NCBI GenBank assembly: GCA_964489445.1 | Contig: CAZAYU010000002.1 | Location: forward strand, 141,020 to 205,019 | Direction of reading: 5' to 3' | DNA length: 64,000 bases | DNA from: an uncultured Planctomycetia bacterium | Lineage (GTDB): Bacteria; Omnitrophota; Gorgyraeia; Duberdicusellales; 4484-171 | Part shown: in pieces, positions 1-10,699 of the stretch | Layout of the letters: the number at the start of each line of letters is the position of its first letter | Numbering within the stretch: position 1 is the stretch's first letter | Made by a program: the position numbers and the translations under genes | Notes under the pieces: generated by a model | Told to the model about the DNA's origin: nothing | What the model saw: only the letters and a program-made list of their open reading frames with translations | Databases searched by the model: none

Positions 1-1
1 T

Positions 2-1141
2 TTTTTTGATGGGTATAAAGCTAATCCCGAATACGCCTTAAAAACAGTAAAGGCTGCCTTAGATGCTGGAGCAGAAATTGTTGTTTTCTGTGATACTAAC
101 GGTGGCGCATTGCCCTGGGAAGTAAAAGAAATCTCAGAAGAAGTTAAGGAAAAAATATCTTTAAGTGGATTTGGAATACATTGCCATAATGATTTAGGAT
201 TAGCTGCGGCTAACTCCTTGATTTGCGTAGATAAAGGGTGTGTGCATATTCAAGGGACAATCAATGGCTACGGGGAAAGATGTGGTAATGCTGACTTGGT
301 AACAATTACCGGCATTTTGCAATTGAAGATGGGGAAAAAAATAATTTCCCCTAAAAAAATGGCCGGATTAGCTTATCTGTCTCATTATGTTAGCGAAGTG
401 AGTAATATGGCTCATCGTGATAACTATCCTTTGGTAGGCAGAAGCGCTTTTGCGCATAAAGGTGGAGTGCATATTGACGCGGTTACCAAAAACTCTCTTG
501 CCTACGAGCATCTTGATCCTTTATTAGTGGGGAACAATCAAAGATTTATTGTTTCCGAACTTGCGGGAAAGTCTACATTAGTGGTGAAGGCTAAGGAATT
601 AAAGTTTGATTTGGACAAGAAGTCAAGCCGGGCGAAAAAGCTTTATAAATTGCTTCAAACATTAGAAAAAAAAGGATATCAGTTTGAAGCTGCTGAGGGG
701 TCTTTTAAATTATTGTTGCAGAAAGAATTTAAAAAACATAAAAAGTTTTTTGATTTGTTAGGTTTTAAGGTAAATATTGAAAAACGTGAGAATAATAAAT
801 TGATTTCGGAAGCAACGATTAAATTAAGAGTCGGTAAAAGCTTAGAACATACAGCCGCCGAAGGTGACGGTCCGGTTAATGCTTTAGACAATGCATTGAA
901 GAAAGCTCTTTCGAAATTTTATCCTTCGGTTTTAAAAATGCATCTTACTGATTTCAAAGTGAGAGTGCTTGATGAAAAAAGCGGAACAGCGGCTAAAGTC
1001 AGAGTACTAATTCAGTCTCAAGATGAAGCTGATTGCTGGTCAACTATTGGTGTTTCTGAAAATATTATTGAAGCTTCTTGGCAGGCATTAGTAGATAGTA
1101 TTGAGTATAAACTTCTAAAAGATCGCGGGATGGCTGTTTGA
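2..1141 (+). CDS. 2-isopropylmalate/(R)-citramalate synthase family protein, C-terminal portion; 5' end lies outside the window. Probably citramalate synthase CimA, since a separate LeuA lies downstream.
   Basis: The frame is open from nt 2. It carries the HxHNDxGxAxANSL motif (GIHCHNDLGLAAANSL) and GERCGNADL of the LeuA/CimA catalytic core, plus a C-terminal LeuA-dimer regulatory domain. The ilvBNC and leuA neighbours fit this assignment. Confidence 0.75.
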   Translation, partial: FFDGYKANPEYALKTVKAALDAGAEIVVFCDTNGGALPWEVKEISEEVKEKISLSGFGIHCHNDLGLAAANSLICVDKGCVHIQGTINGYGERCGNADLVTITGILQLKMGKKIISPKKMAGLAYLSHYVSEVSNMAHRDNYPLVGRSAFAHKGGVHIDAVTKNSLAYEHLDPLLVGNNQRFIVSELAGKSTLVVKAKELKFDLDKKSSRAKKLYKLLQTLEKKGYQFEAAEGSFKLLLQKEFKKHKKFFDLLGFKVNIEKRENNKLISEATIKLRVGKSLEHTAAEGDGPVNALDNALKKALSKFYPSVLKMHLTDFKVRVLDEKSGTAAKVRVLIQSQDEADCWSTIGVSENIIEASWQALVDSIEYKLLKDRGMAV

Positions 1142-1257
1142 GCTAAACAAAAATATAGCTGCCTAGCATATAGCATCACAGAAAGCATTTTAAACATAGA
1201 ATATTAATCTTATAAAAGGAGATTGTTTTTTTCAGGAGTAATGGTATAATTTGCACT

Positions 1258-2934
1258 ATGAAAGGCGCAGATATTATAATTCAGAGTTTAATTAAAGAGG
1301 GCGTGAGTGTAATTTTTGGTTATCCCGGCGGGTCGGTTATTCCTTTTTTTGATGCTCTATATGATTCTCCGATAAAATTTATTCTTACCCGGCACGAACA
1401 AGCTGCTGCCCATGCTGCTGATGGTTATGCTCGTTCTACAGGAAAAACAGGTGTCTGCGTGGCTACTTCTGGCCCTGGAGCGACTAACTTAACCACGGGG
1501 ATTGCCACTGCATATATGGATTCAGTGCCGATAATTGCGATAACTGGACAAGTGAAAACTTCATTGATCGGTAATGATGCCTTTCAAGAGGCTGATATTA
1601 CCGGAATAACTCGGTCGATATCCAAATACAATTACTTAGTAAAAAATGTTTCGAACTTAGCATATACATTTAAAGAAGCTTTTTATTTAGCTTCTAGTGG
1701 ACGCCCTGGACCGGTGGTTATTGATGTTCCTGTAGATGTCCAGCAGCAAGAGGCAGAATTTGATTATCCGGATGCAATTGAATTAAGAAGTTATCATCCA
1801 ACATGTTTTGGGCATCCTGGGCAGGTTAAAAAAGCTTTGAGGCTTATTTATTCTTCAAAAAAACCGGTTATTCTTGCTGGTGGAGGGGTAATAATTTCTG
1901 GTGCGCATAAACAGCTTTTAGAGTTTGCCGAAAAAATAAATGCTCCGGTTACAACGACTTTATTGGGTTTAGGTGGATTTCCTTCAAATAATAAATTGTT
2001 TTTAGGGATGCCGGGAATGCATGGTACTGTTTATGCGAATATGGCGATTACTGATTCAGATTTAATAATTTCCGCTGGTTGTCGATTTGATGACCGAATT
2101 ACTGGAAAAATTTCTGCATTTGCTCCGAAAGCAAAAATAATTCATATTGACATTGATCCAACATCTATAAGTAAAAGCATAAAAGTAGATGTTCCTATTG
2201 TTGGCGATGCAAAGAATATTTTAGGCCAGCTTGTAGAAAGTGTGGACAAGACAAAACTTTTTGATTCGAAAAAATGGACTGATCAAGTAAAGAGGTGGAA
2301 AACCAAGCATCCTCTTACTTACGACAAGAAAAATTTTGGAAAAATTAAACCGCAATATGTTATTGAAGAGATTTGTTTGCAAACAAAAGGAAAGGCGATT
2401 GTTACTACAGAGGTAGGGCAAAACCAAATGTGGGCAGCTCAATTTTATAAATTTAATTACCCCAGACAGTTTCTTTCCAGCGGTGGACTAGGAACAATGG
2501 GGTATGGGTTTCCAGCAGCTATCGGGGCAAAAATAGCTAATCCTGAAAAGGAAGTAATAGTTATTGCTGGTGATGGTTCTATCCAGATGAATATCCAGGA
2601 GTTAGCCACAATAGCTACGTATGGGATAAATATAAAAATAATAATTCTGAACAATGGGTACTTAGGAATGGTTCGTCAATGGCAGGAACTATTTTATGAT
2701 CGACGTTATGCCGGGACACCTTTAAAAAATCCTAATTTTGTACAAGTAGCCAAAGGGTATGGAGTCAAAGGAATGCGAATTAAAAAGATTAGTGATGTTA
2801 AAAAAGCAATTGAAGAAATTCTTAAGTTTAAAGGTTCAGTATTGGCTGATTTTTGGATTGAAGAAGAGGAAAATGTTTTTCCGATGGTTCCAGCTGGCGA
2901 AGCAATAAACAGAATGATTGGCGGCATGGCTTAA
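1258..2934 (+). CDS. ilvB: Acetolactate synthase large (catalytic) subunit
   Basis: It has the [15 protein letters not shown]-terminal TPP-enzyme signature, a GDGS...NN ThDP-binding motif, and is 558 aa. ilvN and ilvC follow it. Confidence 0.9.
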   Translation: MKGADIIIQSLIKEGVSVIFGYPGGSVIPFFDALYDSPIKFILTRHEQAAAHAADGYARSTGKTGVCVATSGPGATNLTTGIATAYMDSVPIIAITGQVKTSLIGNDAFQEADITGITRSISKYNYLVKNVSNLAYTFKEAFYLASSGRPGPVVIDVPVDVQQQEAEFDYPDAIELRSYHPTCFGHPGQVKKALRLIYSSKKPVILAGGGVIISGAHKQLLEFAEKINAPVTTTLLGLGGFPSNNKLFLGMPGMHGTVYANMAITDSDLIISAGCRFDDRITGKISAFAPKAKIIHIDIDPTSISKSIKVDVPIVGDAKNILGQLVESVDKTKLFDSKKWTDQVKRWKTKHPLTYDKKNFGKIKPQYVIEEICLQTKGKAIVTTEVGQNQMWAAQFYKFNYPRQFLSSGGLGTMGYGFPAAIGAKIANPEKEVIVIAGDGSIQMNIQELATIATYGINIKIIILNNGYLGMVRQWQELFYDRRYAGTPLKNPNFVQVAKGYGVKGMRIKKISDVKKAIEEILKFKGSVLADFWIEEEENVFPMVPAGEAINRMIGGMA

Positions 2935-2967
2935 TTAAAAACTAGGCATTAAAGATTAAGAGATAGC

Positions 2968-3441
2968 ATGAAACATACGATACAAGCATTAGTTGAGAAT
3001 AAATTTGGTGTTTTAGCCAGAGTTTCTTCGTTGTTTAGTGCCCGTGGATATAATATTGATTCCTTGGCAGTAGGGGAAACACAGGATGCAAAAGTTTCGT
3101 GCATGACTATTGTAGTTAATGCCGAGGATGAACGAATCTTAGAACAGATTAAAAAACAACTTCATAAACTTATTGACGTAATTACTGTTGTTGATTTTAT
3201 GCATAAAGAATACGTTAGCAGGGAATTAATTTTAACTAAAGTTAGCAAAAACAAAAACAATAAAGATAAAATAGGTAAGCTTGTGAAAAAGCATAATCTC
3301 AAAATAATTTCTGAAGGAAAAAATAATTATATTTTAGAAATTTGCGATGAATTTCATCGCGCGGAAGAAATTTTAAAAGAGCTAAAAAATGTAGGAATTA
3401 AAGAATTAATGCGGACTGGTAGATTGGCTATGGGAAAATAG
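2968..3441 (+). CDS. ilvN: Acetolactate synthase small (regulatory) subunit
   Basis: It has an ACT-domain N-terminus (ENKFGVLARVSSLFSARGYNIDSLAVGET), is 157 aa, and sits immediately downstream of ilvB. Confidence 0.85.
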   Translation: MKHTIQALVENKFGVLARVSSLFSARGYNIDSLAVGETQDAKVSCMTIVVNAEDERILEQIKKQLHKLIDVITVVDFMHKEYVSRELILTKVSKNKNNKDKIGKLVKKHNLKIISEGKNNYILEICDEFHRAEEILKELKNVGIKELMRTGRLAMGK

Positions 3442-3470
3442 AGGATAAGTAGAAGAGAAGAGGAGGCAAA

Positions 3471-4457
3471 ATGGCTAAGATGTACTATGATAATGATGCA
3501 GATTTGAATATAATCAAGGACTTTAAGGTAGCAATTATTGGTTATGGAATCCAAGGCAGGGGCCAGGCTTTAAATCTACGAGACAGTGGAGTTAAAGTTA
3601 TTGTTAGTGAGTTAGAAGGAACTCCTAATTATCAACAGGCAGAAAAAGATGGGTTTAGTGTACTTGGCGCTGAGGATGCGGCTAAGCAGGCAGATATTAT
3701 CCAGATTCTTACCCAGGATCATGTGCAGGGTGCAGTTTATAAAAAAGCAATTGAAGCTAATTTATCCGAGGGAAATGCTTTAGTCTTTTCTCACGGATTT
3801 AATATACATTTTAAACAAATTATTCCTCCGGAGAATGTCGATGTGTTTATGGTTGCCCCTAAAGGGCCGGGAGCTTTGGTGCGGGAAATGTATGACCAAG
3901 GCAAAGGTGTACCTTGTCTAATTGCCGTTTATCAGGACTATAGCGGTAAAGCTAAGGATAAAGCTTTAGCTTATGCGAAAGCAATTGGTGGAACAAGGGC
4001 TGGTGTTATTGAAACTACATTTAAAGAAGAAACAGAAACTGATCTTTTTGGAGAACAGGCAGTGCTTTGCGGAGGAGTGTCCGAGTTGATTAAAGCCGGA
4101 TTTGATACTTTAGTCGAAGCAGGTTACCAACCGGAAATTGCTTATTTTGAATGTTTGCATGAATTAAAACTAATTACTGATCTTATTTACCGTGAAGGAA
4201 TTTGTGGAATGAGAAAAAGAGTTTCGGATACTGCCGAATACGGAGATATTACCAGAGGAAAAAGAGTAATCAGCAAAGAAACTAGAGAAGTGATGAAGAA
4301 AATATTAAGCGAAGTTCAATCTGGCGAGTTTGCTCGGGAATGGATTGAGGAAAATGAAAAAGGAAGACCTGATTATAATCGGATAACCGAAGAAGAAAAA
4401 AATCATAAAATAGAGAAAGTAGGTAAAGAACTTCGGGCGATGATGCCTTGGCTATAA
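3471..4457 (+). CDS. ilvC: Ketol-acid reductoisomerase
   Basis: It has the Rossmann motif [19 protein letters not shown], is 328 aa (class I KARI size), and a GGAGG RBS lies upstream. Confidence 0.9.
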   Translation: MAKMYYDNDADLNIIKDFKVAIIGYGIQGRGQALNLRDSGVKVIVSELEGTPNYQQAEKDGFSVLGAEDAAKQADIIQILTQDHVQGAVYKKAIEANLSEGNALVFSHGFNIHFKQIIPPENVDVFMVAPKGPGALVREMYDQGKGVPCLIAVYQDYSGKAKDKALAYAKAIGGTRAGVIETTFKEETETDLFGEQAVLCGGVSELIKAGFDTLVEAGYQPEIAYFECLHELKLITDLIYREGICGMRKRVSDTAEYGDITRGKRVISKETREVMKKILSEVQSGEFAREWIEENEKGRPDYNRITEEEKNHKIEKVGKELRAMMPWL

Positions 4458-4529
4458 AAAGATTGCTAAGTAGACTATTTGTCCGCTTTTTAGTAGAAAA
4501 AATAGATAATATTTGAAAATAAAAGCCGA

Positions 4530-4730
4530 ATGAAAAAATGGTTAAACATATTTTTTATTGTAATATGTTCTGCCGGAATTTTGTTTCTTGCCTTAAAAGT
4601 ATTCTATCCGCCAAAGATGGTTGGGGCAGTAGAAGAAATTATCTCTGACCAAGCAATTACTTATCTTTACGGATACAATCTAAATGAAAAAATAAGTAAT
4701 TTTTGTAAATCAGAATTATATAAAATGTAA
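4530..4730 (+). CDS. Small hypothetical membrane protein (66 aa)
   Basis: The ORF has an N-terminal hydrophobic helix and lies between ilvC and leuA; no recognisable motif was found. Confidence 0.2.
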   Translation: MKKWLNIFFIVICSAGILFLALKVFYPPKMVGAVEEIISDQAITYLYGYNLNEKISNFCKSELYKM

Positions 4731-4830
4731 TAAATGTTTTTTAAATATGTTTATATGTTCAGGCATACGAGGTTTTTGAAACCGGAGTAATAGAAAGTAC
4801 AGGGTACATAAAAATAGAAGGATTGCAATA

Positions 4831-6342
4831 ATGAAAACAAAAAAAGAAAAAGTATTCATCTTCGACACTACATTGCGTGACGGAGAACAAGCGCCCGGAG
4901 CATCTTTAAATTCCGAGCAAAAATTAGAGATTGCTTATCAGCTGGAGAATTTAGGAGTAGATGTAATTGAGGCCGGATTTCCGATTGCCAGTCCTGATGA
5001 TTTCAAAGCGGTAGAGTTAATTTGCCGTCAGATTAAAAAAAGTATTATTTGTGGACTGGCTCGATGTTTGAAACCGGATATTGAATTTGCCCGTAATGCT
5101 TTAAAAAAAGCAAAGCGTTCTAGGATACACATATTTTTAGCCACCAGTAAAATTCATCTTAAGTATAAATTCAAAAAAGCTGAAGATGAAATTATAAATT
5201 TAGTTAAGAAATCTACAAAAATGGCTCGTAATTTATGCGGAGATATTGAATTTTCTCCCGAAGATGCTACACGCACTGATCGTAGTTTTTTATTTAAAGT
5301 AATTGAAGCTGCTATTAAAGAGGGAGCCAGGACAATAAATATTCCGGATACTGTCGGATATAGTTATCCACAAGAAGTATATTCATTAATTGTGGATATT
5401 TTTGATAATGTTCCGAATATTAATAAGGCAGTTATTTCTATCCATTGTCATGATGATTTAGGATTGTCTTCAGCTAATTCATTATCTGCCGTATTGGCTG
5501 GAGCTCGGCAAGTTCATTGTACTCTGAATGGTATTGGGGAGCGAGCGGGTAATGCTTCGCTAGAGGAAGTAGTAATGGCTATTAATACGCGCAAAGACGC
5601 ATTCAGAAAGGTATTTACTTGCGTTAAAACGAGTGAAATCTTTCGTACTTCACGTTTAGTTAGTAACCTTACTGGATTTTTAGTTCCGCCTAATAAAGCT
5701 ATTGTAGGTAAGAATGCTTTTGCGCATGAGGCTGGAATTCACCAAGATGCAATTTTGAAAAAAAGAAGTACCTATGAAATAATGGACCCTAAGGATGTGG
5801 GGATTTCGGAAAGTAAAATTGTCTTGGGAAAACATTCTGGTAGACATGGTTTAGAGAGTCGCTTGAGAAAGATAACGGGAAATAAAAATCTAAAATGTAC
5901 AGAAGCTATTTTTAAGAGGTTCAAGGAATTAGCCGACAAAAAAAAGGATGTTTTTGAAGATGATTTGGTTGCTTTGTTGGACGAAGGGACAAAGCTCAAG
6001 AAAAAAACATATGAGTTAGTATCGTTAAAAGTAGTCAGCGGAACTGGAATTATTCCTGAGGCGTCGGTCGTTATTAAGTATCAGAAAAAAAACATTAAAA
6101 CTCAGTCTACTGGTGACGGTCCGGTCGATGCTTGTTATAAAGCTGTAGATAAAAGTATTGGAATTAAGGTAAAGCTTTTAAGCTATGAGTTGGAGGCGAT
6201 TACTAAAGGCAAAGATGCACAAGGTAGAGTGCGCGTGGGAGTAATGGTCAAAGGGCAAATTACCAGCGGAAGGGGTTTTAGCACCGACATACTAGAGGCA
6301 TCGGTAAAAGCCTATCTTAGTGCTCTTAATAAACTCAAGTAA
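4831..6342 (+). CDS. leuA: 2-isopropylmalate synthase
   Basis: It carries DTTLRDGEQAPGASL, VIEAGFPIASPDDF, HCHDDLGLSSANSL, and a C-terminal LeuA-dimer domain; it is 503 aa. Confidence 0.85.
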   Translation: MKTKKEKVFIFDTTLRDGEQAPGASLNSEQKLEIAYQLENLGVDVIEAGFPIASPDDFKAVELICRQIKKSIICGLARCLKPDIEFARNALKKAKRSRIHIFLATSKIHLKYKFKKAEDEIINLVKKSTKMARNLCGDIEFSPEDATRTDRSFLFKVIEAAIKEGARTINIPDTVGYSYPQEVYSLIVDIFDNVPNINKAVISIHCHDDLGLSSANSLSAVLAGARQVHCTLNGIGERAGNASLEEVVMAINTRKDAFRKVFTCVKTSEIFRTSRLVSNLTGFLVPPNKAIVGKNAFAHEAGIHQDAILKKRSTYEIMDPKDVGISESKIVLGKHSGRHGLESRLRKITGNKNLKCTEAIFKRFKELADKKKDVFEDDLVALLDEGTKLKKKTYELVSLKVVSGTGIIPEASVVIKYQKKNIKTQSTGDGPVDACYKAVDKSIGIKVKLLSYELEAITKGKDAQGRVRVGVMVKGQITSGRGFSTDILEASVKAYLSALNKLK

Positions 6343-6364
6343 GCATTTATACTATACCTAATGA

Positions 6365-7282
6365 ATGGAAAGTAATTTCTCTCCACAAATCTATGGTTTA
6401 ATCGGCTATCCAGTAAAGCATTCTTTTTCTCCGTTAATGCATAATGCAGCTTTTAAAGAATTAGGAATTAACGCTGAATATCGTTTATTTGAAGTAAAAC
6501 CTGCCAAATTAAAAGATTTTTTGCTAACTGCTTCTAAAGAATTATCCGGGTTTAATATTACTATTCCGCACAAAGTCAGTACTAAACTAATTCTAGAAAC
6601 AAATTTTCTTCAAGCGTTGAAAGAATTATCTGGAGAACAGGCGTATCATGTGCGATTATCTGGAGCGATTAATACCGTAAAAATAGACAATGGGAGTATT
6701 TATTGCTATAACACTGATGTTAGTGGGTTTTTGACATCGTTGAAAGAAGATTTGGATTTTGAACTTACAGATAAAAATGTTTTTCTTATTGGTTGTGGTG
6801 GCGCAGGAAGAGCAGTTATTGCTGGGCTAAGTTGGAGAGATGTAAAAGTTAGAAAAGTATATGTATATGATATTCAAAGGGAAGCCGTAGAGTCTCTTAA
6901 ACAACATTTTCAAACTCTTCCTTTAGAGTGGCAAAATGTGTTGCAGGAAAAAATAGAATTCATTACTTCGGAACAAATTGCTGATAAATTAAAAAATTGT
7001 CATTTATTGGTGAATGCATCTGGATTAGGAATGAAAGATGGCGATTTGTCAGTTGTAAAGAAGAAGCTATTTCATAAAAACTTGTTTGTCTATGATTTGG
7101 TGTATAATAAGAATACGCAGCTTATTCGTGAGGCAAAAGAGTGTAGTCTTCCTGCTTGTGGTGGGTTAGGTATGCTTTTGCATCAAGGGGCAAAAGCATT
7201 TTCGATTTGGACAAATAAGCCGGCACCTATAACAATAATGAAGGAAACACTAAAGAAGGAGATGGAAAAATTATGTTTTTAA
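6365..7282 (+). CDS. aroE: Shikimate dehydrogenase
   Basis: The N-terminus reads IYGLIGYPVKHSFSPLMHNAAF, and a GCGGAGRA NADP-binding loop is present. Confidence 0.85.
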   Translation: MESNFSPQIYGLIGYPVKHSFSPLMHNAAFKELGINAEYRLFEVKPAKLKDFLLTASKELSGFNITIPHKVSTKLILETNFLQALKELSGEQAYHVRLSGAINTVKIDNGSIYCYNTDVSGFLTSLKEDLDFELTDKNVFLIGCGGAGRAVIAGLSWRDVKVRKVYVYDIQREAVESLKQHFQTLPLEWQNVLQEKIEFITSEQIADKLKNCHLLVNASGLGMKDGDLSVVKKKLFHKNLFVYDLVYNKNTQLIREAKECSLPACGGLGMLLHQGAKAFSIWTNKPAPITIMKETLKKEMEKLCF

Positions 7283-8106
7283 GTTATGCTTATGGAATAT
7301 TTATTTTGTTGCTAGGTCTATGTGTAGGTAGCTTTTTAAATGTTTGTATATACAGGCTACCTAAGAATGAATCAATTATTAAACCAAGGTCTTTTTGTCC
7401 TAAGTGTAAAGTGCCGGTTAAATGGTATGATAATATTCCGCTTGTAGGGTACATTTTATTATCCGGAAAATGCCGAGATTGCGGAGAAAAAATTTCTTTA
7501 CGATATCCTGTAGTCGAACTTATTACTGGTGCGGTGTTTTTAACGTTGTATATAGTATTAGGGCCAAGTTTAGGTTTGGCAAAATATCTTTTTTTATTTT
7601 GTTTGTTGATAGTTGTTTCTTTTATTGATATTGATTATCATGCAATACCTGCCTATCTATGTCTTATCGGAATTATTGGGGGATTAGTTTTTAGCCTAGG
7701 AGTAAGCATAAAGTTGTTTAACCAAGGTATTTTTGATATAAAAGCGATGCCGATTGTTTTTTCTCTACGGGGATTGATTTTTGGCCTCGGGTTTACTTAT
7801 TTATTTAAGTTTTTTGGTGATGCGTTTGTTGATTTTTATTTGAATATTAGAAAGAAAGAATCGATAGAAGGTGAAAGAGAGTCGTTGGGGCTAGGAGATG
7901 TAGACTTTATGGGTATGGTTGGTGTTTTTTTAGGCGTAAAAGGTGCGCTTTTGGTGTTCTTTATCGCTCCTTTTTTCGCAGTGATTTATTCGATTATTGC
8001 ATTTATTTTTAAGAAGTCACATTTAATTCCTTATTTACCTTATTTATCTTTAGCAACTATTGTGGTTTATTTTTGGGGCAATAAGATACTTAGTTTTCTT
8101 TTTTGA
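7273..8106 (+). CDS. pilD: Type IV prepilin leader peptidase (A24 family)
   Basis: The N-terminal Cys tetrad reads CPKCK...CRDCG, followed by multi-TM topology and a DIDYHAIP-type catalytic Asp region. Confidence 0.8.
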   Translation: MFLSYAYGIFILLLGLCVGSFLNVCIYRLPKNESIIKPRSFCPKCKVPVKWYDNIPLVGYILLSGKCRDCGEKISLRYPVVELITGAVFLTLYIVLGPSLGLAKYLFLFCLLIVVSFIDIDYHAIPAYLCLIGIIGGLVFSLGVSIKLFNQGIFDIKAMPIVFSLRGLIFGLGFTYLFKFFGDAFVDFYLNIRKKESIEGERESLGLGDVDFMGMVGVFLGVKGALLVFFIAPFFAVIYSIIAFIFKKSHLIPYLPYLSLATIVVYFWGNKILSFLF

Positions 8107-8118
8107 TCTGGTTTTTGA

Positions 8119-8149
8119 AAAATCTTTACCTGTTGACAGGCAAAGATTT
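8119..8149 (+). terminator. Hairpin (13-bp stem with one mismatch, loop TTGA) between pilD and aroC; possible terminator or attenuator
   Basis: AAATCTTTACCTG-TTGA-CAGGCAAAGATTT was read directly from the sequence; the T-tail is weak. Confidence 0.3.
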
Positions 8150-8199
8150 AATTGATCATTTTTCTTCGAAAACGCAAGTCCTATTTAGGAGGTAATAAC

Positions 8200-9327
8200 A
8201 TGAGAGTACTAACTGCAGGAGAGTCTCACGGAGAATCAAATTTAGTAATTGTTGAAGGATTTCCTAAAGGGGTAAAAATTGAACAAAAAATAGTAGATTC
8301 CGAGCTTAAAAAGAGAATGCTGGGCGTTGGTCGAGGAAAAAGGATGTCTATTGAAAGCGATAGTGCAGATATCTTATCCGGGTTACGCAATAAAATAACA
8401 CTAGGAAGCCCAATATCAATTATGGTAAAGAATAAAGATTTTAAAATATTTTCTCAAGGCAAGGATGATTTACCTGTCTTAAATATTCCACGTCCGGCTC
8501 ATGCTGATTTAAGTGGTGCATTGAAGTATCAAGATAAAGACGTAAGAAATATTTTAGAACGAGCTTCTGCACGAGAAACAGTTTCCCGGGTGTGTGCAGG
8601 ATCATTATGTAAACAGTTTTTGTTTAATTTTGGAATAGAATTTGGTTCTTTTGTAATAGGTGTTGGAAAGATAGAATCGAAAAAAAAACCAGATAACATG
8701 CGAGACATTGTTAATAAAACTAAAGATTCAGGGCTTAATTGTATAGATGCAGATAAAGAACGATTGATGATTAAAGAAATTGAAAACGCGAAAAGAAATA
8801 GTGACAGTGTAGGCGGCATAATTGAAGTTTGGGTAGAAGGAATTGTTCCAGGCTTAGGCAGCTTTATGCATTTTGATCGTCGGCTTGATGCTAAATTAGC
8901 GTTTTACTTAATGAGCATTCCGGCAATTAAAGGAGTTGAAGTGGGTTTAGGATTTGAGTATGCCAAGAAAAAAGGGTCTCTATCTCATGATGTAATAAGG
9001 CATTCTGCTAAAGGATTTACCAGAAAAACAAATAATTCTGGAGGCATAGAAGGAGGAATGTCAACCGGGTCTCCGATAGTGCTAAGGTTGGCAATGAAGC
9101 CGATTGCTACTCTCAAAAAAGGGCTTGATTCTGTAAATATTGTTACGAAAAAAAAGGCGAAAGCTCCGTCAGTTCGTTCCGACACTTGCGCGGTTGCTGC
9201 TTGCTGCGTGATTGCAGAAAGTATGACGGCAATTGCCATAACTGAGAGTTTTTTAGATAAATTTGGTTGCGATTCTTTGCGAGAGATAAAGGCAAACTAT
9301 CGGAGTTATTGTAAAGCACTAAAGTAG
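8200..9327 (+). CDS. aroC: Chorismate synthase
   Basis: It starts MRVLTAGESHG, with GGAGG 6 nt upstream. GRGKRMSIE and RSDTCAV motifs are present. The ORF track's 8152 start adds an unlikely 16-aa leader. Confidence 0.88.
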   Translation: MRVLTAGESHGESNLVIVEGFPKGVKIEQKIVDSELKKRMLGVGRGKRMSIESDSADILSGLRNKITLGSPISIMVKNKDFKIFSQGKDDLPVLNIPRPAHADLSGALKYQDKDVRNILERASARETVSRVCAGSLCKQFLFNFGIEFGSFVIGVGKIESKKKPDNMRDIVNKTKDSGLNCIDADKERLMIKEIENAKRNSDSVGGIIEVWVEGIVPGLGSFMHFDRRLDAKLAFYLMSIPAIKGVEVGLGFEYAKKKGSLSHDVIRHSAKGFTRKTNNSGGIEGGMSTGSPIVLRLAMKPIATLKKGLDSVNIVTKKKAKAPSVRSDTCAVAACCVIAESMTAIAITESFLDKFGCDSLREIKANYRSYCKALK

Positions 9328-9414
9328 TTAAAGTATTGATATCCACTATGGCAATCTCATGCCTAATCGGGCTTTGGAAAATAAGACATAATTATTTAAC
9401 ATAGGAGATGGAAT

Positions 9415-9570
9415 ATGTTTGATTTTAGTAAATTAGGTGATTTATCAAAAATGGCCAACCAGGCAAAACAAATTCAAGAAAAACAGGAAATTTCTCAAAA
9501 TCAGCAAATGAAGCTATTGGAAAAAATATCAAAACAGCTTCAGGAAATTATATCCTTAATAAAAAAATAA
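9415..9570 (+). CDS. Small ORF (51 aa) resembling the N-terminal half of the YbaB/EbfC nucleoid-associated protein
   Basis: MFDFSKLGDLSKMANQAKQIQEKQ parallels the YbaB MF..GLGNLMKQAQQMQEKMQ motif. An AGGAGA RBS is present. The ORF is below the ORF-track size cutoff. Confidence 0.3.
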   Translation: MFDFSKLGDLSKMANQAKQIQEKQEISQNQQMKLLEKISKQLQEIISLIKK

Positions 9571-9588
9571 CAGAATAAAGATGAATTT

Positions 9589-10686
9589 ATGAAAAAGGTA
9601 TTTTTAACCTTTTTGTGTTGTTGTTTAGTTTTTTTGTTTTCTTACTCAGATACTGTTTATCTAAAGAATGGTAAGCAAATAAAAGGGACAATAATCGAGG
9701 AGAGTAAAGAGTACGTCAAGATAGAGTTCTCAGGCGTTACCTTAACTTACTGGATGGATGAAGTATCAACGCTGAGCAAAGAAGATGTCAGTGTAGGTGT
9801 TAATGATTCTACGCATACGATATCTAATATTGCTAACAAAAGTGCGCCGATAATTTCTGTTTCTCGTTCGCAAAAACAGGGAAAAAGTTTTCTTTGGAAA
9901 GTTAAATCGCAAAATAGTACTGTATATCTTCTAGGATCAATTCATTTGGGCCGGCCTGATTTTTATCCCTTAGATAGAGTAATCGAGAGTGCGTTCTCTA
10001 AGTCGGATTTTTTAGTAGTAGAGGCAGATATTAATGCCGTTGATATCTCGACTTTGCAGTCGGTGATGGAAGAGGCTGTTTATTTTGACGGTAGTACATT
10101 AAAAGATCATTTATCTTCCAAAACTTTTAGATTGGCTGAGCAGAAGATGAATGAAATGGGTATGAGCATTGAGCAGATGATTGTTTTTAAGCCGTGGTTT
10201 CTGGCTTTAAATATAGAAATGATCGGTTACTCAAAATTAGGGCTTGATCCGACTTATGGGATAGACATCTATTTTCTAAATAAAGCAAAAAGTAACAAAA
10301 AGATTGTTGAGCTAGAAAGTGTGGAATTTCAAATCAAATTATTAGGGAGCTTTAATGAGAAAGAACAGGAAGCATTTTTACTTTCGACATTAGTTGATTT
10401 AGATATTGTCCAAGACAAAATTGATAAAATGATTGATCTTTGGAAAGTTGGAGATGCTTTAGGAATGGAACAGGTATTTCTAGAAGGTATTAAAAAAGAT
10501 CCCGATTTATTTTCCGTGTATAATAAATTACTTTTTAAAAGAAATAAAGGAATGGTCTCTACGATAAGAAATTTTTTAAATAGCCGTGATATCTATTTTG
10601 TGGTTGTGGGAGTAGCCCATTTGATTGGTGAGCAAGGAATTGTCAATATTCTAGAAAAAGAAGGGTATTCTGTAGAGCAGTTATAA
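9589..10686 (+). CDS. TraB/GumN family protein with N-terminal signal peptide and a small beta-rich domain
   Basis: The TraB/GumN core reads VYLLGSIHLGRPDFYPL...FLVVEAD and ends HLIGEQGIVNILEKEGY. Confidence 0.55.
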   Translation: MKKVFLTFLCCCLVFLFSYSDTVYLKNGKQIKGTIIEESKEYVKIEFSGVTLTYWMDEVSTLSKEDVSVGVNDSTHTISNIANKSAPIISVSRSQKQGKSFLWKVKSQNSTVYLLGSIHLGRPDFYPLDRVIESAFSKSDFLVVEADINAVDISTLQSVMEEAVYFDGSTLKDHLSSKTFRLAEQKMNEMGMSIEQMIVFKPWFLALNIEMIGYSKLGLDPTYGIDIYFLNKAKSNKKIVELESVEFQIKLLGSFNEKEQEAFLLSTLVDLDIVQDKIDKMIDLWKVGDALGMEQVFLEGIKKDPDLFSVYNKLLFKRNKGMVSTIRNFLNSRDIYFVVVGVAHLIGEQGIVNILEKEGYSVEQL

Positions 10687-10699
10687 ATAGGGTGTTTAA

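Noticed and set aside
2221-2927. Three 65-73-aa minus-strand ORFs inside ilvB
   Set aside because: They are antisense shadow ORFs within a highly conserved enzyme gene, with no start context or motifs.
8152-8199. 16-aa N-terminal extension of aroC proposed by the ORF track
   Set aside because: Chorismate synthases begin at the MRxLTAGESHG motif. That ATG at 8200 has a GGAGG RBS, and the upstream codons are not conserved-looking.
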